Virus record (IMG/VR): IMGVR_UViG_3300017734_000008
Location: 1-53,711 of that record
Reading direction: 5' to 3' (one strand)
DNA length: 53,711 nucleotides
Origin: a virus
Taxonomy: Duplodnaviria > Caudoviricetes
Shown here piece after piece: positions 46,402-53,711 of this stretch. Below the pieces are notes generated by a model, which did not search any database, had not been told where the DNA came from, and saw only the letters and a list, made by a program, of their open reading frames with translations. A program made the position numbers and the translations under genes. The first letter of the stretch is position 1. The number at the start of each line of letters is the position of its first letter.

Positions 46402-48282
46402 ATGGCCCTCAAAGATCTTTTCAAACGAGGTATATCTTCACTTTTAAAAAAACAAAAAAAGGATGTTGTTGATCCTAGCGCAGTTCAACGTGTTCAAAAT
46501 CAACCACAACAAGTTCTACCACAAGAAACTAAAGGTACTGCCTTACAGACTGTAAGAAAAGATTTAGCCATTCAACAATACCCAACTCCACCAAGAACAG
46601 GTGCCTTACAAATGGGTACACCTCCAACTCAAAATTTAATGTTTGGTAGTGCGTTGTACGACCGTATAGCACAAAAAGGCCCAGGCACATTCACAGCTGA
46701 TGAATGGATGAAATTCTTAACAGATGTGAGAGAAAGAAATTTAAAAATATTTGGACAAAACTATAAAGAAAAAGTTTTGAATCCTGTCAAATTTAATTAT
46801 GATAACACATCGGGGTATCTAGCTGGTAAACAAACTTCGGTTCCATTAGAAGAATTATTTGATTCTAATATAGCAGCTTTTTCACCTACAGGTGAATTAA
46901 CAGGTGGTGTCTTGCATGCAGCTAAATTAGCAGGTGTCAAAGTGCCAGGTAAAGTTTTGACTGACTTAGTAAGACTTAACCCAGTAAATAGATTACAAGC
47001 TACAGAGTTTTCAAACTCGTTAACTGAACCAGTCAAAAAAAGATTATATCAAAAATTTAAAAACACTTTCGATAAAATAAATAATCAAGTAAACGATCCT
47101 GAGTTTTCGCAAGTTTTAAACCGTTACACAGATGCATTAGAGAGGGGAATACCTGCTAAACCAAACATTCCTATGTTAATGGGTAGATACCCACAGTTTA
47201 AAAAAGAGCTTCAACAATTAGACTTTGAATTTGATGATTTATCAAGAGTTAGAAAAAATTTAAAACCTCCAAGATATGAAAACGAAAGCGGTTATACTTT
47301 TGAAGGTGGTCAAAACTATAGAGAAACAGTTATATCTTTACCTGAAGAAATAGTTGGTAACAGACCAACAAAATATTTTGGACACTATAAAGATAAAGGT
47401 TTAGAAAATCCTATCATGCATATTAGATACGATACAAGATTTGCACCTAACGGTGATAAAATATTAATGATACACGAAATTCAATCAGACACTCAACAAC
47501 AAATTGCTAAAGCATTAAGACAAAACAAAATATCAGGTTATGACGCATCCCTTAGAGTAAACCCATACCAAAAAGATACAGAAATTGCTTTCTTATTACA
47601 AGCTAGACAAAAACTCGGAGACAAAATTTTAGCAGGTAACATGGGTAGATTAGAAAGTGATCAAGCAGCAAGGGGTATAAAATCAATTGATAAAGTTTTA
47701 ATCAACAAAGGTGCTGGGCAACCAGCAAGGATTGGATCGAATTATGGCGGTGCTGATGCAAACTTTTACCCTTTGTTAGATAGAAGTAGTTATAATAACT
47801 ATGCTTTAAAATATTTATTAAATAAGGCAGCAAAAGAAAAATTTGATTATGTGGCTGTTATACCTACAAATTATGTAAGTAGAGGCGGTGGCAGTGGTAA
47901 AGCTTTAGGGACAATAGAAAATTATGGTTTTGCTAATGGTGGTAAAACTCCTACGGGAAAATCATTAGCAGTCATTCCAGCTGAAATGAAAAAACAAGCA
48001 AAGTTATTTGATACAAAGTCAGGAAAGATTAAATTTAGCTTATCTGATCCTAACAAACCATACAAAAAGGTGTCCACAAAAGATGTTGATATGGGAGGTA
48101 AAACATACAAAATAAAATACCATGAAGATGCTCAAGAATTTCAGCAACCAGACACAAGGTTTATTGGCAAATTTGATTTAAACTTGTATGGTGAGGCGTA
48201 TGGTGTTAAAGTATCTCCATTAATGCTGCAAACCCAAAAATTATATAAAAAAGAAGGTGGCTTAGTACAATATGGCGGTTGA
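46402..48282 (+). CDS. large polyvalent-protein-like virion protein
   Basis: NYRE...GHY...H.R...HEIQSD block; C-terminal YKKEGGLV. Confidence 0.6.
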   Translation: MALKDLFKRGISSLLKKQKKDVVDPSAVQRVQNQPQQVLPQETKGTALQTVRKDLAIQQYPTPPRTGALQMGTPPTQNLMFGSALYDRIAQKGPGTFTADEWMKFLTDVRERNLKIFGQNYKEKVLNPVKFNYDNTSGYLAGKQTSVPLEELFDSNIAAFSPTGELTGGVLHAAKLAGVKVPGKVLTDLVRLNPVNRLQATEFSNSLTEPVKKRLYQKFKNTFDKINNQVNDPEFSQVLNRYTDALERGIPAKPNIPMLMGRYPQFKKELQQLDFEFDDLSRVRKNLKPPRYENESGYTFEGGQNYRETVISLPEEIVGNRPTKYFGHYKDKGLENPIMHIRYDTRFAPNGDKILMIHEIQSDTQQQIAKALRQNKISGYDASLRVNPYQKDTEIAFLLQARQKLGDKILAGNMGRLESDQAARGIKSIDKVLINKGAGQPARIGSNYGGADANFYPLLDRSSYNNYALKYLLNKAAKEKFDYVAVIPTNYVSRGGGSGKALGTIENYGFANGGKTPTGKSLAVIPAEMKKQAKLFDTKSGKIKFSLSDPNKPYKKVSTKDVDMGGKTYKIKYHEDAQEFQQPDTRFIGKFDLNLYGEAYGVKVSPLMLQTQKLYKKEGGLVQYGG

Positions 48283-50599
48283 AAAAAATAACGAAATTAC
48301 TGAGAAGGTAGAGGAAATAGTAGATGAAGTTTCTCCTGGCGTAGAAGACGTTAATGTTAGTGTAGAGGGAGAAGAACAAGTCGAAGAACAAGTTAATGAT
48401 GACTTCAATGCTAATTTAGCTGAGGACATGGATGAAAGAACTCTCAAGCGTTTAGGCATGGAGTTAATCACTGAATACAGAAAAGATAAAGAATCTAGAA
48501 AAGAATGGGAAGAAGGTTACACAAAAGGTTTAGATCTTTTAGGTGTTAAATACAATGAGCAAACAAGACCTTTCAAAGGTGCATCAGGTGTCACCCATCC
48601 GTTGTTAAGTGAAAGTGCTACGACTTTCCAAGCTTCAGCATACAAAGAATTATTACCAAGTGACGGCCCAGTAAGAACACAAGTTCTAGGTATACGTACA
48701 CCGAACACCGAACAACAAGCTGATCGTGTTCAAGAATATATGAATTATCTTCTTATGGAAAAGATGGAGGACTACACGACTGACATGGATCAGATGTTAT
48801 ATTACTTACCACTATCAGGATCTACATTTAAAAAAGTTTACTATGATGAATTCTTACAAAGACCTGTATCTAAATTTATACCTGCTGAAGATTTAGTTGT
48901 GCCTTACTATGCATCAGATTTAAAAGACGCAGGTAGAATTACACATGTCATAAAAATGACAGAGAATGAAGTAAATAAAAAAATGGCCGCTGAATTCTAT
49001 AGAGATATAGATTTACCTAAACCTAATGTATCAGATACAGATCTTCAACAAAAAATTGATGAACTTGATGGAGTTAAACCAGGTTTTACAGATTATATTC
49101 ACACAATACTTGAGATGCATGTTGATTTAAATTTAGATGATTATGAAAACTTTGATAATAGAACTAAAAAAGCAATAAAGATTCCATACATCGTAACTAT
49201 AGACGAAAGCTCAGGAGAAGTTTTATCTATTTATAGAAATTACAGATTAGATGATACTAATTACACAAGAGTAGAAAACTTTGTGCATTATAAGTTTTTA
49301 CCAGGATTAGGTTTTTATGGTTTTGGTTTAATACATACAATAGGTGGTCTATCAAGAGCAGCTACTGTTGCCCTAAGACAATTAATTGATGCAGGAACTT
49401 TGAAAAACTTACCTGCTGGATTTAAGTCTAGAGGTATTAGAGTGAGAGATGACGACCAACCAATACAACCTGGAGAGTTCAGAGATGTAGATGCACCAGG
49501 CGGAAACATACGAGATCAATTTTTTAATTTACCTTTTTCTGAACCAAGCACAACTTTATTCAATCTTTTAGGTTTTGTAGTGCAAGCGGGTCAAAAATTT
49601 GCTGCGATAACCGATACTGCAGTAGGTAATGACACGCAAAACAGAGCTGTGGGCACAACTATCGCCATGATGGAACGTGGTTCTAGGGTGATGAGTGGTG
49701 TTCATAAGCGATGTTACTACGCAATGAGATTAGAATTTAAAATTTTGGCAAGAATTTGTTCTGAATATTTACCACCAGAGTACCCATACGATGTTTATGG
49801 TGGTCCAAGACAAATTAAAGCTGCAGATTTTGATAAAAGAATAGATGTTTTACCTGTTGCTGACCCAAATATTATGTCTATGGCACAAAGAGTTACGTTA
49901 GCACAAACACAATTACAAATTGCTAGTTCAAATCCACAATTACACAACATTCACGAAGCATATAGAAGAGTTTATGAAGCTTTAGGAACAAAACAAATCG
50001 AAACTTTACTTAAACCACCGAAAAGACAACCTGAACCAATGGATCCTGCTAAAGAAAACGCAAGAGCATTACAAATGCAGCTACTTACTGCCTTTGAATT
50101 TCAAGATCATGATGCTCACATAGCTGCACACACAGCTTTTATGGAATCTAGAATGGTGCAAATTAATCCTTCTGTCTATGCGCTATTACAATCACATGTT
50201 TCAGACCATATTTCTTTCAAAGCAAGAAAAGAAGTTGGTGAACAGATGATGCAAGATCCAAATCTAGTCAGATTACAACAGGAAGACCCAAGATCTTTCC
50301 AAATTGCATTTGATAATGCGGTTGCAACTGCTGTTGCAGAGATAACATCTGAATTAGTTAAGGGAGAGATGCAGGCAAACATGGCTAAAAATGATCCACT
50401 TGTAAGAATTAAACAACAAGAAGTTGATTTGAGAGCTATGGACCTACAAAGAAAATCAGATGAAACAAGATTTAAGCAAGATCAAGAAAATCAAAGACAA
50501 ACAAACAAATTAAATCTTGAATATGATAGATTAGCTCAACAGGATGAGCAATCTGATAAAAGATTAGATATTGCAGAGAGAAAATTAGAAAAAAAATAA
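48272..50599 (+). CDS. portal protein
   Basis: 775 aa after TerL; G..FKKVY, GFYGFGLIH, LRQLIDAGTL.NLPAGFK.RG. Confidence 0.9.
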   Translation: MAVEKNNEITEKVEEIVDEVSPGVEDVNVSVEGEEQVEEQVNDDFNANLAEDMDERTLKRLGMELITEYRKDKESRKEWEEGYTKGLDLLGVKYNEQTRPFKGASGVTHPLLSESATTFQASAYKELLPSDGPVRTQVLGIRTPNTEQQADRVQEYMNYLLMEKMEDYTTDMDQMLYYLPLSGSTFKKVYYDEFLQRPVSKFIPAEDLVVPYYASDLKDAGRITHVIKMTENEVNKKMAAEFYRDIDLPKPNVSDTDLQQKIDELDGVKPGFTDYIHTILEMHVDLNLDDYENFDNRTKKAIKIPYIVTIDESSGEVLSIYRNYRLDDTNYTRVENFVHYKFLPGLGFYGFGLIHTIGGLSRAATVALRQLIDAGTLKNLPAGFKSRGIRVRDDDQPIQPGEFRDVDAPGGNIRDQFFNLPFSEPSTTLFNLLGFVVQAGQKFAAITDTAVGNDTQNRAVGTTIAMMERGSRVMSGVHKRCYYAMRLEFKILARICSEYLPPEYPYDVYGGPRQIKAADFDKRIDVLPVADPNIMSMAQRVTLAQTQLQIASSNPQLHNIHEAYRRVYEALGTKQIETLLKPPKRQPEPMDPAKENARALQMQLLTAFEFQDHDAHIAAHTAFMESRMVQINPSVYALLQSHVSDHISFKARKEVGEQMMQDPNLVRLQQEDPRSFQIAFDNAVATAVAEITSELVKGEMQANMAKNDPLVRIKQQEVDLRAMDLQRKSDETRFKQDQENQRQTNKLNLEYDRLAQQDEQSDKRLDIAERKLEKK

Positions 50600-50608
50600 T
50601 GTATTCTT

Positions 50609-50734
50609 ATGGCAAGAACAGCAAGAGAGAAAAGAAAAGGTCTTAGTGGCGGAAAAAAATTTGGACCACCACCAAAAAGAGGACCAAACCCGCAAGGTAT
50701 TACAATTCCCAGTAAAAGAAAAAAGAGAATCTAA
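50609..50734 (+). CDS. 41-aa basic peptide (GGKKFGPPPKRGPNPQG), not in ORF track
   Basis: Hand translation; motif recalled after portal in related phages. Confidence 0.6.
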   Translation: MARTAREKRKGLSGGKKFGPPPKRGPNPQGITIPSKRKKRI

Positions 50735-51101
50735 TCAAGAAGCATATTTCGCAGGTATTATTGATGGCGAAGGGTATATTTCATACGAAAAAACTAAAAA
50801 AAATTACTCAATACCTTCTGTTTCTGTTGAAATGACAGACAAAGATGTAATTGATGGAATATATAAATTTTTCAATACTGGATCTGTTGTTTATATCAAA
50901 CCAAGGCAAAAACATCATTTAGATAGCTGGAGATGGAGAGCTAGAGGTAAATCTGCAGTGAATATTTACTTCAAAATATATAATTATTTAAGTGCGAGAA
51001 GAAAAGGTAAGATAGATGAGGTATTGAAAAAATACTGTGAAGATGCTAACGGTAGAGAGAAGTATAAAAAATTAGAAAGGGTATTAAATGGCGTGGTTTA
51101 G
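50646..51101 (+). CDS. single-motif LAGLIDADG homing-endonuclease-like protein
   Basis: AYFAGIIDGEGYI...V.MTD...W.W...YL..R. Confidence 0.85.
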   Translation: MAEKNLDHHQKEDQTRKVLQFPVKEKRESNQEAYFAGIIDGEGYISYEKTKKNYSIPSVSVEMTDKDVIDGIYKFFNTGSVVYIKPRQKHHLDSWRWRARGKSAVNIYFKIYNYLSARRKGKIDEVLKKYCEDANGREKYKKLERVLNGVV

Positions 51102-51474
51102 TTTAGCAAAAATAGCTTTACAAGCAGGAAGTAAGATTTACGCGAATAAACAAAAAACTAAGATGGCTATGTCTGATGCACAATTAATGCATGCAGAAAA
51201 AATGGCTCGAGGTGAGGAAGCTTACCAAGGAAAATTACTTGAAGCGAGACAAAACGATTATAAAGATGAATTTGTACTCGTAATCATCTCAGCGCCCATC
51301 ATTGTGTTAATGTGGGCAGTTATGTCTGACGATCCAACTGCGATGGAGAAGGTGAAATTGTTTTTCGAGTATTTCCAGTCGCTTCCGAAATGGTTCACAA
51401 ATTTATGGATTCTTGTCGTGGCTAGTATTTTTGGTATAAAGGGTACACAAATATTCCGTGGCGGTAAGAAATAA
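51088..51474 (+). CDS. holin-like membrane protein
   Basis: KDEF + TM, LP.W + TM, ASIFGIKG. Confidence 0.6.
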   Translation: MAWFSLAKIALQAGSKIYANKQKTKMAMSDAQLMHAEKMARGEEAYQGKLLEARQNDYKDEFVLVIISAPIIVLMWAVMSDDPTAMEKVKLFFEYFQSLPKWFTNLWILVVASIFGIKGTQIFRGGKK

Positions 51475-51476
51475 TT

Positions 51477-52064
51477 ATGATTCAAGGCGATAGTGATGAT
51501 TATGCACTATTAAAAAAGTGGTCAAAAGATTTTGATTGTGCTGGATATTATTCCGTTGAGATTGGTGTTCGACAAGGTCAAGGTTCTAAAACCATAATGG
51601 ATAATGTAAAAAATAATTATTTACACATTGGTGTGGATCCTTATGGTGATTTAGATTATCAACATTTTGATAATCAAGAAGACTTTTCTTGGGAAGGGTG
51701 TGAAAAAGGTAAAGCACCAACTTATTCAGATAAAATGAAAGATCAAATGATTGAAGATTTTTCTGAGTATAGGAAAAAAGGTAAGTTTCATTTTGCTAAC
51801 ATGAAAGATAATGATTTTATGCAACACCCTGTTTACTCGGGATTGAAGTATTCATTTGTCTTTTTAGACGGGCCACATACGACTAAAGATGTGTTGGCAG
51901 AAGCAGTATGGTTTGCTAGTAGATCAGCTAAAAATACCCGTATGGTATTTGATGATTATTTGTATTATAAGATGGATCTAATTGAAGAGTGTTTATCTCA
52001 CTTTGGCTTTAAACAGCTTGAACGAGGTAAAAATAAATTTTGTATGGAGAAAAATGGCGATTGA
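51477..52064 (+). CDS. class I SAM-dependent methyltransferase (Methyltransf_24-like)
   Basis: EIGVRQG, VDPY, FLDGPH, FDD. Confidence 0.85.
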   Translation: MIQGDSDDYALLKKWSKDFDCAGYYSVEIGVRQGQGSKTIMDNVKNNYLHIGVDPYGDLDYQHFDNQEDFSWEGCEKGKAPTYSDKMKDQMIEDFSEYRKKGKFHFANMKDNDFMQHPVYSGLKYSFVFLDGPHTTKDVLAEAVWFASRSAKNTRMVFDDYLYYKMDLIEECLSHFGFKQLERGKNKFCMEKNGD

Positions 52065-52242
52065 TACAACTTCTAACGACATAATCAAAAAATTAATTAA
52101 TAGACGAAAAGACAGACTTACAGAAACTTTAGTAAGAGATGTTGACAATGTTAATGACCTTCACTATATTAGAGGACAGATCAAGTCACTTGATGACTTG
52201 CAGCAAGACATAATTGACTTGCTTAAAAAACAGGAGCGATAA
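52054..52242 (+). CDS. small conserved head-module protein
   Basis: SD GGAG; Y.RGQI.SL before GroES. Confidence 0.7.
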   Translation: MAIDTTSNDIIKKLINRRKDRLTETLVRDVDNVNDLHYIRGQIKSLDDLQQDIIDLLKKQER

Positions 52243-52244
52243 AA

Positions 52245-52691
52245 ATGACAGAGTCCACGGAGCAACCGAAACGGACTGAGACATTAAAAAAAGCTTACAA
52301 AGATGAAGCTAAAGTTAAAAAAGTCTTAGACCAAAAAGCAATAGATAAAAAACTTTTAGATAGATTACCTACGCCTACGGGTTACAGAATGTTAATTCTT
52401 CCCTACGCGGGTCCAGAAAAGACAAAAGGTGGTTTGTATTTAAGTGAAAACACTCAAGAAACAATTCAGTTAACAACAGTAGTTGGCCTTGTATTAAAAC
52501 AAGGTAACCTTTGTTATAGGGATAAAGAAAAGTTTCCCTTAGGCAAATGGTGCGCTGAACAAGATTGGGTTATCTTCGGAAGATACGCAGGCTCTCGATT
52601 CAAAATAGAAGGCGGAGAAGTGCGGATCTTAAATGATGATGAAATCATTGCGACCATATCTAATCCTGCCGATATTTTGCACCATTACTAG
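52245..52691 (+). CDS. groES: co-chaperonin GroES
   Basis: PTGYR.LI...KTKGGL.L...FGRYAG...E.RILNDDEIIA. Confidence 0.92.
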   Translation: MTESTEQPKRTETLKKAYKDEAKVKKVLDQKAIDKKLLDRLPTPTGYRMLILPYAGPEKTKGGLYLSENTQETIQLTTVVGLVLKQGNLCYRDKEKFPLGKWCAEQDWVIFGRYAGSRFKIEGGEVRILNDDEIIATISNPADILHHY

Positions 52692-52700
52692 GAGGGTAAA

Positions 52701-53711
52701 ATGGCAGAAGAAAACAAACCTCAAAATGAGGTTGATATCGACACTGATGGTGTTAATGAGGAGATCATCAATGTTGATAAACCAGTAGAACCTAATGAAG
52801 CTTTTTCTAAAAAAGAAGATGTAGATTTAGGATACACAAATCCAATACAGGAAACTAAAGTTGAAGATGAACCTGAAGAAAAAAAGGAAGAGCCTACAAC
52901 AGAAGTTGAAGTGGAGGATAAAAAAGTTGAAACTAAACCTGATAATTTAAAAGATAAACAATCTAATTATCAAAAAAGAATCAACGAATTAGTTTTCCAA
53001 GCTAAAGAAGCAGAGAGAAGAGAAAAAGCTGCTTTAAATTATGCGAAGGGACTAAAAAAGAAGTATCAGACCGTTGAAACAAAACTTAGCGAGACTGATA
53101 ATAATTACCTTAAAGAAATACAGGCACGAGTATCTTCTGAACAAGATAAGTTAAAAACTTCTCTTAAAGAAGCTATGGATTCACAGGATTCTGAAAAGGT
53201 AGCTGAGATAAACTCTCAAATGACGAAGTTAGCTGTTGAAAATGAAAAAGTTAATTTAACGTTGCAAGAGAGAGAAGCTCAGAAAAAACAAGCTGAGGAA
53301 AACAAAGACTCATCAAAAGAAGAACAAATACCTGGTGAACAACCAGTTCAAATAAGTCAAAAAGCTCAGGAATGGGCTTCAAAAAATGAATGGTTTGGCT
53401 CAGACAGAGTTATGACTGGAGCTGCTATGTCTATTCATGAAGACCTTATGGGGCAGGGTATTGTATCAGAGAGTGATGAGTATTATAATAACATTAACAA
53501 ACGAATGAAGGAGTATTTCCCTCAAAAGTTTGCCCAGGATTCGACTGATAAAGAACCTGTAGCTACAAAGCAACCCGTCCAAAATGTAGCTGGGGTAAGT
53601 CGAAGACAAGGAGGACGCAAGTCTGTGAAACTCACCAAATCACAGGTAGTAATCGCTAAGAAATTAGGGGTGCCACTAGAGGAATACGCAAAATTCGTGA
53701 AGGGAGGAAAC
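52701..53711 (+). CDS. capsid scaffolding protein (3'-truncated), not in ORF track
   Basis: SD GGAGG; acidic N-terminus, coiled coil, C-terminal VKLTKSQV.IAKKLGVPLEEYAK; open to window end. Confidence 0.75.
   Translation, partial: MAEENKPQNEVDIDTDGVNEEIINVDKPVEPNEAFSKKEDVDLGYTNPIQETKVEDEPEEKKEEPTTEVEVEDKKVETKPDNLKDKQSNYQKRINELVFQAKEAERREKAALNYAKGLKKKYQTVETKLSETDNNYLKEIQARVSSEQDKLKTSLKEAMDSQDSEKVAEINSQMTKLAVENEKVNLTLQEREAQKKQAEENKDSSKEEQIPGEQPVQISQKAQEWASKNEWFGSDRVMTGAAMSIHEDLMGQGIVSESDEYYNNINKRMKEYFPQKFAQDSTDKEPVATKQPVQNVAGVSRRQGGRKSVKLTKSQVVIAKKLGVPLEEYAKFVKGGN

Noticed and set aside
50719-50725. A-AAA-AAG slippery heptamer that might fuse the 41-aa peptide to LAGLIDADG
   Set aside because: A -1 shift leads to the wrong frame; LAGLIDADG is in the +1 frame.
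52245-52691. GroES without GroEL as a novelty
   Set aside because: Already well described in marine phages.
1-53711. Alternative genetic code, integrase/att site, tRNA, reverse transcriptase/DGR, inteins
   Set aside because: Core genes are intact and normal-sized in the standard code; no such motifs were recognised by eye (tRNAscan/HMM not run).

Overview
This is an AT-rich, gene-dense part of a lytic marine dsDNA tailed phage (podovirus-type). By gene content and order it most resembles SAR11/Pelagibacter phages of the HTVC023P / vSAG 37-F6 type; that assignment is from recognition, not from a search. Left to right it holds: small membrane and basic proteins with an M15 peptidase; head-tail adaptors, tail fibre and nozzle; seven 2OG-Fe(II)/cupin-like enzymes (two beside the peptidase, five in the tail region) and two glycosyltransferases; ejection proteins; a replication module (exonuclease, SNF2 helicase, SSB-like protein, AEP primase, UvrD helicase, PolA-L762); small early genes; a non-coding control region; TerS, an accessory insert, TerL, portal, a LAGLIDADG protein, holin, methyltransferase, GroES and a truncated scaffold. 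The major capsid gene is not recognised in the window and probably lies just past the right edge. No integrase, tRNA, rRNA or CRISPR was seen. The strongest leads are: (1) an x-x-x-GG motif shared by about nine unrelated Lys-rich or virion proteins, plus a candidate processing domain; (2) promoter-driven, ORF-less small RNAs and hairpins whose loops are complementary to SD+AUG; (3) an unannotated ArfA-like peptide; (4) an iteron/palindrome origin or packaging site and a strand-polar CTCGTT field; (5) hydroxylases and glycosyltransferases beside a Pro-rich fibre. All functions come from motif reading only.
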